Assembly: GCF_018977255.1 (NCBI RefSeq) | Contig: NW_024704743.1 | Span: 57,598,001 to 57,662,000, forward strand | Reading direction: 5' to 3' | DNA length: 64,000 bases | DNA from: Callorhinchus milii | Taxonomy: Eukaryota | In this document: positions 35,362 through 48,569 of the stretch, piece by piece | Position numbering within the stretch: the first letter of the stretch is position 1 | Layout: each line of letters starts with the position of its first letter | The notes under the pieces: model-generated | The model's database searches: none | What the model was told of the DNA's origin: nothing | The model's input: only the letters and a program-made list of their open reading frames with translations | Made by a program: the position numbers and the translations under genes

Positions 35362-38300
35362 GTTATTGGCAAAGAGAGATTGGAATTCTAGTGATAATTG
35401 GGAGGAGAGGGGTAAAACTGTGGGCCAGTGAGACATGAGTGGAGTTTGGAGAAAATTCATGTACAAAGCTAGAGGTTCCTTTGCAAAATAAACCTTTTTT
35501 TGTTAAAATTGTTGTGCAAGTTTTGTTTTCCGACCGTGATCCACGCCCTCCAACAGGGCTATATAATGCAAGTTGTTACACAGGGAAATCACACAGTGAG
35601 GAAGAGAGAGGTTTGGAAATGCAACTCAATTTAGAAATAATGGGGTAAAATTTGCAACATTTGATGTTGCTCCTTGTGAAAATCACTAAGAACACATGAT
35701 CAAATGTGGCAAATTTCTTCCTAGAATATCCCATGGATTCCTGACTTGATTATTGTGTTGGTTTATCACACAGCAATATTGATGAGACCTCTGTAGGACT
35801 CGACAGGGACACTACTTTGCCCACCTAGCTGAAGAAAAAGCAGCCACAGTCCAGAAAGAGCCACCAATTGAGAAGCTGGTCCTTCACAAAGATAAGTGAG
35901 TCATTGTGGAGGTGATAAATCTCTCTGGGCAGTTTCATTTCTCAGGTTTCGTGGACAAACAGACCATAATGCACATCCCATTATCTGATCATTAACATTA
36001 TGCAGTGCCCTCTGTCACATACATCACCATCCAGCATTTGTATTCCTAGCATTTCTGGGCAATCCAGTGGTGCACTTCACATTAAGAACGGGGAAAAGCG
36101 CAGTTATTTTATCCTTGCAATTCTGTCTGCTCAAAGGATCCAGGATTCCGTACAGCTCTCTCAGCCACCCATGCACTCCAGATAAAGAAAGGAGTGTGTG
36201 ACAGGAGGGGTGTGTGTTACAAATCTGGTGATGTTCAGTCAAAGCATCAAATGAATAAAAGATGAGGCATTTCTTCCAGGGAGCCTCCAGCTTTCAATCT
36301 GTGGCCAATCTGAACCACCAAATCAAACTGGAACTTTGGTGAGTCAACCCAGGCACGAGGTGAGGCATTGGGTTTTATAGGCGAGCAGAGTGAGTGCAGT
36401 GATACCCAGCAGCAGCACTCTGCCAATGGGTGAGTCAGTCACAGAGACAGTTGTGTCATCTCCACTGGGATAAAGTCATTCTGCTGGAGATTTATTTCTG
36501 CATCTGTGCTCACGGCGCTACTAATGCATCAGAGCCCTCTCTGTAATCATGGGTTAGTCTCTCAAAAATTAAGCTTGGGCACTTGGATTCCATACTCTGC
36601 TGCTAACATGACTATCAATCCATGCACTTTACTTTAAAACAAATTATTTCATCGGCCAACATTGATGAGAATTCATCTCTGCAACTGGATTTTATGAAAA
36701 AGTACACTTAATTCTGGAATTGTGTGTTCAACCAAAGTTTTCCAGCTCACCTTACCCTGTTGGACTTCAATATTAGTCTGTTTACTAGCTCGTAGTAAAA
36801 TAGCATTTTCGAGTCATGAATCTGCGGTCAGCCAAGACACATTTGTCGCCTTTAACCTTAAATACAAGTCTTCAATACAGAATTATCAATTCAAAAAAGT
36901 TTGACTTTATAGCTGCCATTTCTTTCTCCTTTGACCATTCCCTCCCCATTTTAAAAACCACCTTAACAATGGCATGTGATCCTCTCCCGAAGCGTAGTTT
37001 AATAATTACATGCACCAGACATATAAAAGCTGATGAGCTCTATCCTCCCTTGCTGTCATTTTATTACCAAATCCAATAAAGGGGTTAAAAAAAATCAGTA
37101 AAATCAACAGTGTGAATGGCACCTTACACTAAATAAAATACATTGGGACATAAACTTCCTCCCTGTGTAATTTCCTCCAGTCCGATTCACTTGCCTGTAC
37201 CCTGCACTCTTAAAAATGTACACCATTGACTGCTCCTTAGGTCAATATACTGAAATCTTCCTTTTTCCAAACTCAATGCTCACTCACCATTATATCCATC
37301 AAGTGCTTCAAGACATAATTTGGCATAAAAGCCATGATACAAGAGCAAGTTGTTTTTGTTGATTTTACTAAATTGGCTGTGTTGCTTTGTGCTTGCCAAG
37401 TAATAATGTCAACTTGGATACCCTGAGGAAGTGACCTAAACTGCTAGCTCTGACTGAAGTAGATGATAAATACATTACAAGCACATTATTATAGAGATCA
37501 ATAGCCACAGGGCTGTACCTCCTCTTATTCAGCTACCATATATAACCCATGTGTGAGCTTAATAACGCTGTCTTCAGACTGCCAGAATCTGATATTAATC
37601 TTATAGGCAACGCAGACTGTATTCACACTGGTTTGTATTTAGGCAAATGTACATTTAGAGTACTGAAAAGCAAGTTTGTTAATCAGTTTGCTTACGCCAT
37701 GGTTTGCAAACCCGAAATAAAGCTACAACTAAACTTTACAAAAGCCAATTCAGCTTGAGACTGCAGGAAATAGGATTGTCTCAAGAAATAGGATACATTG
37801 TGATAAACCACTGTCAGTCACTGGAAGAACTAGAGCAGTGAGTGGAGATGAGGCAATCCTATTTTACTTAAGAAATGCAATTCTTTCAAACTAGTGAATG
37901 TGAATATCTGAATATTTTCGAATTGGTTCACACTTGGTAAACCTTTTTACTATCCATACAAATGTCCATAATTAAGTTGTTCAATTCTTCTTTGTGAAAA
38001 ATCTTTTTTTGTTCAATTGATATTTGCCTGTATCTGATTTGATGGTCGATTGTATTCATTATTGAATTAGTAGCATTCATATGGTTGAGAAGGGGAAGGT
38101 TAACACAGAGGCTCCTTGGTAATTCAATTACTGATAACAGTCTGAGAGGTTTAATTTTGTAACACTCTGCATTCAAATATATTCTGCTAATTCAAAGACT
38201 GTTCAGCTCCAAGCGCAGCTTGATTTGCATCTTTATATTTCTCTAACAAAGAGCTATCAATGAAGTGAAACTGACCCAGAAGGTTTATCTAGAAGAGACA

Positions 38301-38689
38301 GACTGGTCACGCAATGGTTACAATTCCCAGGGCAATGACTCATTCAAAAGGTGCTGGAAGGTCAGTGTGGTCATTTCATTGTGAACTCGGTGACCCAGCC
38401 TCACTCTAAGGCTTTCAGAAATCCTTTCCCACACAATAGACCAAAATGCATACCAATTCAAAATGAAGTTCAATAATTAAATTTTCTCAAATTTCTGGGT
38501 GGGACATGGTTTGCTGGGTTTTAGTCTTTAGTGGCCTACTTGTTTCTGGTTACCAATTATTCTATTAGCTCACAGCCACAATTGACTGAGCTTACAAATT
38601 CGTATTAGGTTCCAGATTTCTTCTCCCCTGTCTGTCCTGGAGGTGCTGACTCATGTGGGAGTTCAGTTGCCCTGATTTTGGCATCCAAC

Positions 38690-38860
38690 AATAATAATAA
38701 TCCTTGAATTTGATAGAGTGCCTTTCATATGGGAGGATGTCTAAGTATTTCATGGGATTTACTGTAATGTGTAGTGACTGTGTATTTTGTAGGTGAATGT
38801 GGCATGCATCGATTTGCACATAATTTCTCACAAACAGCAATAAAATGAATGACCAATTTT
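38690..38860 (-). mobile_element. SINE 3' half
   Basis: aataataataatccttgaatttgatagagtgcctttca...cacaaacagc. Confidence 0.75.
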
Positions 38861-38874
38861 ACGTGGGAGAAACT

Positions 38875-39060
38875 CTCTTGTCTACACTTATCCAGTGTTG
38901 ATTCTTCATGCACAAGTCGAGCCAATGAGTGTCTGCAGGCTTTTTGACTGTGAGGGGATCACAGCCAAACCCGATCTTCACTTCACATCCATACACATGC
39001 ACCTTCTAGCTAACTTAATAGATAGTGATCCAGAGTGGTTGATAGCTCCCCTCATTAATG
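38875..39060 (-). mobile_element. AmnSINE2-like ancient SINE fragment
   Basis: Reverse complement gtgcatgtgtatggatgtg...ggctgtgatcccctcacagtc...catgaagaat; homologous to 41470-41706 and 61381-61778. Confidence 0.65.
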
Positions 39061-39224
39061 TTGCTGAAATATCATCCCGGATGGGAGAAACTTAAGCAGG
39101 AAGGGGGCATGTAATGGAATCTGACAATTGGCAGTGTGGTATACAGCTAGGATGATCTTTGTATCGTACCAAAGTGGGCCTCAGCCAGATAAAGGTGACA
39201 ATGGAGCACTCAGGATGATGGTAT

Positions 39225-39345
39225 TTGTAGGATATTAAGGGGTGTGGAGCAAAGGCAAGGAGATGGGATTAGAGATTTGCCACAATCTAGTAGATTGGCA
39301 GAGCAGGCTCGATGTGCTGAGTGGCTTTCTCCTGTTCCTTTGTTG
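39225..39345 (+). mobile_element. CR1 3'UTR fragment
   Basis: gatattaaggggtgtggagcaaaggcaagg...gagcaggctcga...ctcctgttcct. Confidence 0.6.
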
Positions 39346-40206
39346 CTGTTCTCCTGTCCCTCTCTCTGCCAGTTTACCCACTCATGGAGCCTGTAAAGAT
39401 GTGACTGTAGTATTGCTTAAATTGACTCCCTTATCTAGAATAGAAAGTGAAAAGCCGCAAAGGGGACATAGAAAAGTAAACAAAAACACAAACGTTTATG
39501 AATTGATTTATTATTTTCAAATTATGAAAATGGTACAATAGAAAGTAGTGGTTTGGATTTTCCAAATGTCAAACTGAGGAAGTGACGTCTTGTCTGTTGT
39601 ACTCAGTCCTTGCCCTTTACTTCTGTAACTTTGGGACAGAAAGCATTTACTTTCATTAAGGCATTCTCCAATGAAGCTGAACACCTTTGAATAATGATTC
39701 TTTCCTTTAAATTAGACAGAATGTGTGGTGTGCAATATGTCTTTTGAGCTATCGTGCAATCAATGTCAGGCTGAAACAGTTTTGAGGAAAGGGGGAGTAG
39801 GGAATCAATAGGCCAAAAACAATCAATAGCTTGTATCTGCTCAGCCAGAAAGCCTGGAGCAAAAATAGATTGAGAATAAAAAAATCAAAGGGATAATCCT
39901 TTTTTTGGCTACAAAATAATTTGGCAGAATGCCTATAGTAGTAACTAATGAACCCTCACCTTTGAACTGCAACTTTGTATGGTTGTATGGAATAAGCTGA
40001 TTATGAAACTAAATTGTCTTTCTTGCATTTTTGTGCTAAATTATTAAGAGGGCATTCTAAAATTCTACGGCCTTTTTTATTGTTTCTTTTTCATTTGTTA
40101 CCTTATGAACACTCGGATGTTTCAATAAACCTAATTTCAAGGTTTTCCATGTAATATTTTTGGACTAAGCAATATTTTACAGAAGTTGTTGTTGCGCTAT
40201 TTATTG

Positions 40207-40322
40207 TTGGTTAGCTGGGTGTTTGACAAAGGTGGATATCCATCACCATGCTTAAGAGAATCCAAGCCAAGTAACTGAGATACGCATCATTTATGGTTTC
40301 TCCTATTGTGCGAATATCTTTA
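40207..40322 (-). repeat. Unclassified dispersed repeat, copy C
   Basis: Reverse complement ttggcttggattctcttaagcatggtgatgga...gtcaaacacccagctaac matches 53495-53557. Confidence 0.75.
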
Positions 40323-40874
40323 GAATGCTTTAATATTGGCAGTTTCAGAGCTATGGCAACATAGAGTCAACCTGCATTGAAAAAGCATGCCTTTTGATAG
40401 AAGCTGTGGACTTCAAACAACTAGATTGATCAAGTGAGTTTTTTTCACCAGATAATTTTACAAGTCAAACTGACTGCACTGTGCCTCAAGCAAATTTAGC
40501 GAGGAATCAACCAAACTGAATATTCTATTTAACACGACACTTCATAATTACTTGCTTTTTAAGTCACTGGTTTCAGCTGAACTAACTTATTTTCAAAGGG
40601 GCTCAAAAATAATTGGTTTATAAGAAAATGTTTAATATGAATTAGTTCACATGAAGTACTGATTTATGGTTTCCAATTTTAAAAGGCATCTTTGAAGGAT
40701 TTTGGATCCATGCTCAAATTAAATGTGTGTCACCATGTCATGTTAACAATGCCATTTTAACTGTGTAAAAGCAAGCTGAAAATCTCCAATTCCTAGATTC
40801 ATTACTTAATAGGACTGGAACCCAATTTGGTGGTTTGGTATTTTCTTACTTTTTTAACACATTATCAATATGTG

Positions 40875-41093
40875 ATAATAATAATAATAATAATAATCCT
40901 TGCATTTGATATAGCGCTTTTCACATCGGGAGGACGTCCCAAAGCGCTTCACAGAACACACTGTAAAGTGAATTGATTGTATATTTGTGGGTGAACGCGG
41001 CAGCCAATTGCACACAGCAATGTCCCACAAACAGTCGTAGATTGAAAATGGCCAATTTATTATTGTTTTTGGTTTTGGAGGGATTATTATCCC
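40875..41093 (-). mobile_element. Young 5'-truncated tRNA-SINE
   Basis: Near-identical to 7681-7895. Confidence 0.92.
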
Positions 41094-41469
41094 TGTGGTG
41101 AATACAGATTCACACACTTTACATTTTTGGGGGAATTTAGAATATCTGAGGCATGAGTGTTTTATGACTTTGCACTTAATAATCCTGCATTTGATATTGT
41201 GAGATTCACATTAAAAGATTTCTCAAAGGATTGACTGTATTGAGCATTTTGAAAGTGAACGCATTAGCCAATGTGCGAAAAGCAATATTCCACAAACACC
41301 CATGAAATGAATGCCCATATAGAATGATAAGGACCATTTGAAATTTCTCATTGCTTTAGCCTTTGGATTATTATCTAAAAATGTAACATTGAGCAGAATA
41401 TTGGAAAATTATTACATTCAGTCGTAGGCCTTTTTGTAAGTGCTTTTCTGCAGTTATTATTAGAATAAA

Positions 41470-41706
41470 AACATCAGCCAGGGTTCAGTTCATGATGAGC
41501 ATCTGCAAACCACTGTTGGGATGTGAATGTGTACGATGTCAGGTGGGATGGGAATGACCTTGGCTGTGATGCCTCTGTAATTATATAGCAAATTGAGCTC
41601 TCCCGATTCACACGTGAAGAATAGTGAGTGAAGTACCTGTAGATTACCAGTTGATCCAAAAGAGCCAAAAAGCTTCAGCAGAGGAGAAGTGGAGGGAGAA
41701 AATTGG
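41470..41706 (+). mobile_element. AmnSINE2-like ancient SINE 3' part
   Basis: atcagccagggttc...ggctgtgatgcc...cacacgtgaagaat...ggagggagaaaattgg. Confidence 0.65.
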
Positions 41707-42728
41707 ATGGTAAAATACATTACAATGCAGTTTACATTTACATTGTGCCGGGATGTAAGGACTTCTCAAAGCACTTCACACTTCTGGCCCAGCATCCAAG
41801 ATAATTGTGGTGTTTATCCTCCACGAGAGCCGTATCCCTCCCATTCCCTTCTTGTAGTGCTTGCTTCTAAGACTTTCAAAGGGGATAACATTGCATCTCA
41901 TAGTAAACTGTAGTACAATTCACATCTGAAAATGAATATTTTTTCCCAAGTATCTGGATAACGATCTGAAAAATATTGTATTCTAAGGAAAATATTTTGT
42001 ACAACAAATAGTTAAGAAGTAACTCAGTGTAACTTCTCGATTGCTTATCGCTGAGCTGGATAGACTGAATAACCTTTTCTTCTTTCCTAGTTTCTTAACA
42101 AATGGGAATACACATGAAGCTCCGTATAAACATCAATGAATGATTGTTTCTCAGGGAATATTTAAAAATGAGATTGAGTGATTTCAACGAGACTATGTTG
42201 TACAGTTTGTTCTCTTTCAAACTACACTGACACCATTGCATAAGATGTGCATTGTCAACATGCCCTGAGATTGCATTAGTTTGTAACTCACTATAACTCA
42301 ATTGGTTTATATAATGAGCGTAAAATATGTTTATACCTCATAGTGGTTGCAGAACTGTGAATTTGATGAGGATGGCCCACTCCATGCCAGAATTCATCCT
42401 CAAGTGTAGGAACTTTGTGACTGTCAGCCCTCTATCTGATGAGGAATGGAACAGCAGCACAAGACCTGATTAGGTCCAAGGCAGAACTTGTTAAGCGCTC
42501 TGAGAAATGTCCAGTGTGAAATATAGAGTGAAATGCGTTATATAAAGGCAAATTGTTGTTGTTTAGTTGATGATGACAGGGACTTTTGCAGTATCGAGTC
42601 AAGATTCTGCAGCAATTGCAACAGTCTGCCCATAATTGCCAGCTACAACCCTCCTCCCACTGTATCACCTGCCTATAAGCACCACAATATTGCCTGACAA
42701 TGGGATAACTTAGAATTTTGTGTCTCTT

Positions 42729-43435
42729 ATAGAATCATAGAAATTTACAACATTTGGCCCAACGAGTCAGAGCAAACTAGACTATCAATGCCACTGCCCA
42801 GCCTTATCCCCATACCTCTTCAAACCTCTAACTTTCATAAATCTATCGATTTCCCGCTTGAAACCCATAAAGAACTCTGCCTCTACCATCTATCTGACCA
42901 TTTGTCTAATTTATTCCCACCAGGTATAAATCCTGCCATTACCGTTGGTAGCATTCTTGTCTTTGAATCAGAAGATTGATGATTCAACAACAACAACAAA
43001 ATTAAATTTATAGAGTGCCTTTCACATCGGGAGGACATCCCAAAGCGCTGAACAGTCAGGGGTCGGGACCCGAGCATGGGGGAGGGGGGCTGGTGTAGGG
43101 ATGATGGAAGCCTCACATCAAGACTTGAGCTTACAGTCTAGACTGATATGCTCTGAAACTCTACTCCACATGAAGGAGCTATATAAATACAGATTGTTGT
43201 ACTTGAAGACTGTTGATTGAAGAGCAATCGCTTCATCTTGCTCCCTCTTTTGCCTCCTTCAAGACTCAAGACCCTCCCTTTATGACCCGTGCCTTCGGTA
43301 GCCCTCCTACCCTCTCTGCCCTCCCTCATCCCAACCCTACCCCCCAAGCTTTCAATCCCATTTACCTGCCCTTTCCCGAAACCACTTAACTTAATTTTTT
43401 TACGGTATTCATCTAGTTCCCTCTTGAAGGCCAAT
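42729..43435 (-). mobile_element. Cluster: CR1 3' end (42729-42900), young L2 tail (42985-43100), CR1 fragment (43345-43435)
   Basis: atagaatcatagaaatttac; caacaacaac...tcacatcgggaggacatcccaaagcgct; AFKRELDEY. Confidence 0.75.
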
Positions 43436-44103
43436 ATGTTGACATAATGAGGTGCTGTATTAAATGTATAGGTTATATAATTTAAACATTACTGAAACCA
43501 GAACAAATAGCTTGTTTTACTGTAGTTAGCTTTAGAGGAAGAATTTGTCTTTTCCTGTATTTCAATCAAATAACCCGTAGAGTATAGCTCTCAAGGCATC
43601 TACTAATGACTTTCCATTGATTCTTCATGTAAGGTAGACACTGATACACTGCCAAGTAATCTACAGTGTTTAAAAAGGGTAACTCAATGTCTGTTTAATA
43701 TTGCTCTTACTGAACGAACATCTGCTCTTAATGTTTACTGACTCACATTACTGATAAGCTTGAAATCATTTTATAGTAGTTCCACGGAAAATGACGCTTG
43801 GGCATTCTTGGGAAGTCATATAGGTGAATCCAGCTCTGCACTTGATTGAGACATTCTGATTCAGACACCCCTTGCATCTTATTGTAGATCAAACTTAAAG
43901 AGCCCTCTAGATCAAACAGAATAGCTTCCTGCTCTTTTGAGTAACGATTAGACAGGTTTAACGATGCAAAGGGCAATTCAGGATAGATACCACAATGGTT
44001 TTTTTCTGTGCCGATAAGGTAATTAACTTCTGGAATAGGTTACAAGGAAGGATGGTTGAGGCCAGGCACTGGACTTATTTAAAAAACAGCTTGATGAAAT
44101 TGA

Positions 44104-45683
44104 CCTCGACTCCATCCCTACCCCTCTCCTTACCTCCCAGCTCCACCTCCTTGCGCCACTACTCACAGACATCATAAACCTCTCCCTGTCCACTGGTACT
44201 GTTCCCACCCCATTAATAACGTCCGTCATCACTCCTGTTCTTATAAAACCCTTCCTGGACCCATCGCTACTCTCAAACTACCGCCCCATCTCCAACTTCC
44301 CTTTCCTCTCCAAGGTCCTGGAACGAGTTGTTGCTTCCCAGCTTTGCTCCTTTCTCTCCCACCACTCCCTTCACAAACCCCTTCTATCGGGTTTCCATGA
44401 TGCCCATAGCACGGAAACAGCCCTGGTCAAAGTGACAAATGACATTCTGTCCATCTATGACCAGGGCTCCCTCTGCCTCCTCATTCTCCTTGACCTCTTT
44501 GCTGCCTTTGACACCATTGACCACTCTATCCTCATCCACCGCCTCTCCTCTCACCTCAACCTTCATGTCTCTGTCCTTGACTGGTTCTGATCCTACCCCG
44601 CGCACCACCTCCACTTCATCTCCACAAAAGGTTTCTCCTCTAGCACCCGCACCATCTCGTGCAGCATTCTTAAGGGTTCTGGCCTTGGTCCCCTCCTCTT
44701 CAATATCTATATACTCCCTCTTGGTGACATCATCTGCAGACATGGGGTCAACTTCCACATCGATGCGGGTGACACCCAACTCTACCTCTTTGCCTCCACC
44801 CTTGACTCCAGGATCACTACTGTGCTGATAGAATGTCTGTCAAACATCAAGTCCTGGATGAGAGCTAACTTTCTACAGTTGAACGTCAACAAGACCGAGG
44901 CTCTCCTGATTGGCTCCCGTCAGCGCCTCCACACCTCAGGCGCTGACAGCATCACCATCCATGGCTACACACTTCACCTTGCTAAGCCAGTCCGGAACTT
45001 TGGGGTCTTGTTTGACTCTCAACCATCCTTTCTACCCCACATCTGTGCCGCTACTGTTTCACACTGCAGGCCAGCGAAATCCTCATACACGCTTTAATTG
45101 CATTGAGGCTTGACTATGGAAACTCCTTGCTTGTCAGCCTCCCCAACTCCTCCCTCCATAGGCTGCAAATCATCCAGAACTCTGCAGCCCGTGTCCTCTC
45201 CCGCACCAGGCTCCGTGACCCTATCACCTCTATCTTCGCCCAAATTCATTGGCTTCCCATCACCAGAGGCTACAGTTCAAGATCTTGATCCTCACTTTCA
45301 AAGCCCTCCATGGTTTTGCTCCCCCTACCTCTGCAACCTCCTAACCCCACTACCATCCTGCTCACTCCATCCGCTCAGCGGGCTCCAGCCTGCTTCGCGT
45401 CCCCTGCCTCTCTCGTCCCACAATTGGCGGGTGGGCCTTCTGCCACTTTGTCCCCACCCTATGGAACTCCAACCCACAGTCCCTCCATCTCATCCCCTCC
45501 CTCGCCTCCTTCAAGACACATCTCAAGACCCTCCTCTTCATCCATGCTTTCGATCACCCTGCTTCCCCCCCTGCCCTCCACCCTCCCTGATCCCTGCTTG
45601 GGTCCAATACTCTGACTGTCCAGCGCTTTGGAACACCCTTCTGATGTGAAAGGTGCTATACAAATGTAATTTTGTTGTTGTTG
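44104..45683 (+). mobile_element. L2 LINE 3' 1.6 kb (frameshifted RT), inserted in an old CR1 3' end (43955-44096 and 45690-45775)
   Basis: NYRPISNFPFLSKVLE, HSTETALVKV, LDLFAAFDTIDH, IKSWMRANFLQLN, RLDYGNSLL; (TTG)n tail. Confidence 0.93.
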
Positions 45684-46410
45684 ATGATGATGATGCTGTG
45701 ATGGTAGGACTGTAGGGTTGGTGTTAAGGAGGGATGGGATCAGATGGGCTGAAGGGTTTTCTTCATCTGAAGTGATCTTGTGGAGTCTTGTTTTGGGCCA
45801 TTTAGTTTAATTATTTGTCCCTCTAATTCTGATTCTGTGGTTACTTATCTTATTTCTCCCCTCCCTCCACTCTGATGATTTTGTCTATTGGATAAATACT
45901 TGAGTCACTTGGTTGACATTTGAATCAATCGTAAGTTGTGTTATTTCAACATTCAGAATGATTCCCCTTCATCATGAGAACTGCCCTACTTTAAAATTAG
46001 TGTGTGATTTTTTTTTAAAAAGTCAATAATCCAGGAAATTAGCAATGTGGTAATTGTTAATCATCACTAATAATAATTATCAGATAATAGAAAATTCAAT
46101 TTTGTTACCGACTGTCTGGTGTAACCCTCTCCCCAGCTCTGTCACAATCATTGGGCCCAAAACTTGCCCCAACACTATATTAAGCATTCTGCGACCCTAC
46201 CCCATGTGTAGGGCACTATATAAATGCAAATTGTTGTTGTTTTCGAGGTAGCGAACAGAGCAACCTTGTTAGTGTTATCTTAGATTTCAAAAATTAAGCA
46301 CTGCATTGTACTGGGTCCATGCAAACAAATGGCCATTGGTCCTGCTTCCAGGTCATCATGTCAAGGCTGATGTCACTTCTTTAACACAGCACATGAGCGT
46401 TTCCACGGTG

Positions 46411-46424
46411 AAGTGACGTCACTT
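46411..46424. promoter_or_regulatory. 14-bp palindrome containing a full CRE
   Basis: AAGTGACGTCACTT, with TGATGTCA at 46368 and CGTGAC motifs nearby. Confidence 0.3.
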
Positions 46425-47250
46425 TCTGCGTATAGCGTGACGATGCAGAGCGTGACAATGCTTCCTGCATATTTTTCTCATCAACAATAACGACAGCTTC
46501 CATTTATATAACATCCTTCATGTAGAGGATAATGTCTCAGAGTACTTTACACTGACAGGGTTATAAAGTAAAGTGCATCGAGAAAGGGAAGATGACCATA
46601 AGCACAGTCAAAGAGGTAGGTTATGAGGCAGGATTTGATAACAGATAGAGATGGGGAGAAATGGAGGGAGTTCCAGAGATTAGGGTCAACAGTGATCTGT
46701 GGCCATTATTTGGTACATGAAAGCAGCTAAGCAGGGCTAGAAGCTTGGTGTACTGTTTCCAGTGCAGCACATCTCCACAGGAGCTTTCTAGCAGAGTTGC
46801 CCAATACTTCTGGTTTGACAGAATCTACATTTGTTATGTGGGGTCTTTATTATTAAATAATCGTTTTTAAAAAATAATGAATTTTAGAACCCACTTCCAT
46901 AAGACATCATCTGATCATATTTTCATGCAGAACATTTGATGAGTGGAATAAGGAGCAGTGTGGCATAGGATCATTATTTATTTATTTATTCTACCTTGGG
47001 ATCAGCCAGATGGGCTGCATTGGTCTTTTCTGGTCCTCTATGAATGTAGTTTACTGTGTATTAGTAAGAATAGCCAGATGGATTGCACTGAAATTCTGAC
47101 AACAATCATAGGAGCTATTGTATTCAGTTGCCTGCAGTTCAAATGTTCTAGGAGTAAGCAACATTTTCTACAATTCCTGATGACAATAGTTATCTATCTT
47201 CTTATAATAATAATCCTTACATTTGATGCAACACCTTATTTTGACCACTA

Positions 47251-47314
47251 TTTGGTTTGGATACTCTTAAACATGGTGATGGGTTTTTGCATGTGTCAGA
47301 TATCTAGCTCACCA
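47251..47314 (+). repeat. Unclassified dispersed repeat, copy D (short)
   Basis: tttggtttggatactcttaaacatggtgatgggttt differs at one base from 53495-53530. Confidence 0.8.
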
Positions 47315-47622
47315 AACAAAGGTGAAAGGTAACTTAACTGAACTCATGCAACAAAAGTCGTCAAGCATGAAATTTCAACAGGATATACAAACTGAATCCC
47401 AAATGGATCATGGAGAGGAGTCAGTCACTGAAGCGGAGAAAGATAAGTTCACAGAATTGACAGAGCAAAAGATGTTGATGGATCTATTCTATTTGTCTTT
47501 ATCCCTGTTTTTTTTTTGGCCACAACGAACTTTCGATGATGATTGATCATCTTTCCCAAGTGAAGGACAGACCAGGAAAGCTTAGCAATGTCTGATTAAA
47601 TGTAGTTGCCAAAAAACGTAAC

Positions 47623-48215
47623 AATAATAATAATAATCCTTTCATTTTGATATAGCACCTTATCACATCGGAGACGTCTCAAAGCACTTCACAGGATGTA
47701 CTGTAAAGTAGATTGACTGTGTATTTTGTAGGCAAAATGTACGAAGAGCATCAGAAAGCATGATATAACAAAAGCTCATTAAACCCACCATCCCCAGTCC
47801 TTTCACAGACCATGCACAACCTACTTAATTGTGCAGTTCCTCTTAAAGACTAGCTGGTGATTTCCACCCTCCACCCCTCAGCCCATAGCCATTTCCAAAA
47901 TCTTCAGCAACCCCAACTGGTCTGTGATAATTTATCCTGACTTCAGAGCAGGCATTTTGTTGTCATTTCACCAGATATATGTAAGTCTGGCTCAATTAGA
48001 CATATGTCTAAATAAATTGGTAGCACTCTTGCCTCTCAGTAAAAAAAGTTATGGGTTCAAGCCCCACATTTGGAACTCTGAGCTCATAGTGCTGGGAGAC
48101 ATTGCATTGTTGGAGATTAAGGAGTTCAATACCTCATCCGTCAAATGAGGCATTAAACTGAGGTCCCACCTGCCTGACCATATAGACAGTAAAGATTGCA
48201 TGACCATTTTCAGCA
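47623..48215. mobile_element. SINE tail (-, 47623-47740) and Deu-SINE 5' part (+, 47985-48215)
   Basis: SINE tail motif; head ttggtagcactcttgcctctcagt...gggttcaagccccac. Confidence 0.75.
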
Positions 48216-48385
48216 GAAAGCTATTGTATTGATGGAGTAAAGATGGTATGTCATGAAGTGGCACAAGAACTCTGCAATTAGGAATTGAGAACAATGAAAA
48301 CAGTGTTGAACCATTGTGCAAAAGTGTTAGTAGGGAGAGGCGGCAGAAAGGGCTTAAGTTGATTCAATCCAGCCACCAGTCTTCA

Positions 48386-48550
48386 GGGAGCGGAGTCAGG
48401 AGAGCGCGGGGCGGAGCCGAGGCCTAGCTGTGGGTATAAAGCCCAGCCAGGTGAGGAGCCACTCAGTCGGGAGCGGAGTCAGGAGAGCGCGGGGGGGGAG
48501 GTAAATGATGGAGTGGCGCTCATTCACAAAGTGACGTTGGCATGACGTCA
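48386..48550 (+). promoter_or_regulatory. Monomer-type Pol II promoter module upstream of L2
   Basis: 26-bp direct repeat (48386-48411, 48469-48494); GC box GGGGCGGAG; TATAAA at 48435; Inr TCAGTC with A at 48465; CRE at 48543-48550. Confidence 0.55.
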
Positions 48551-48569
48551 CAATTAAAAAACAACAACA

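Noticed and set aside
34641-35466. Overlapping 135-177-aa Cys/Val/Met-rich ORFs
   Set aside because: Artefacts of the stop-free minisatellite
42364-42440. TGATGA...CTGA with an internal hairpin, C/D snoRNA-like
   Set aside because: No terminal stem and no recognisable rRNA or snRNA guide sequence
47322-47546. Glu/Gln/Lys-rich 74-aa ORF that looks protein-like
   Set aside because: No flanking splice sites or recognisable homology, and it directly follows a repeat
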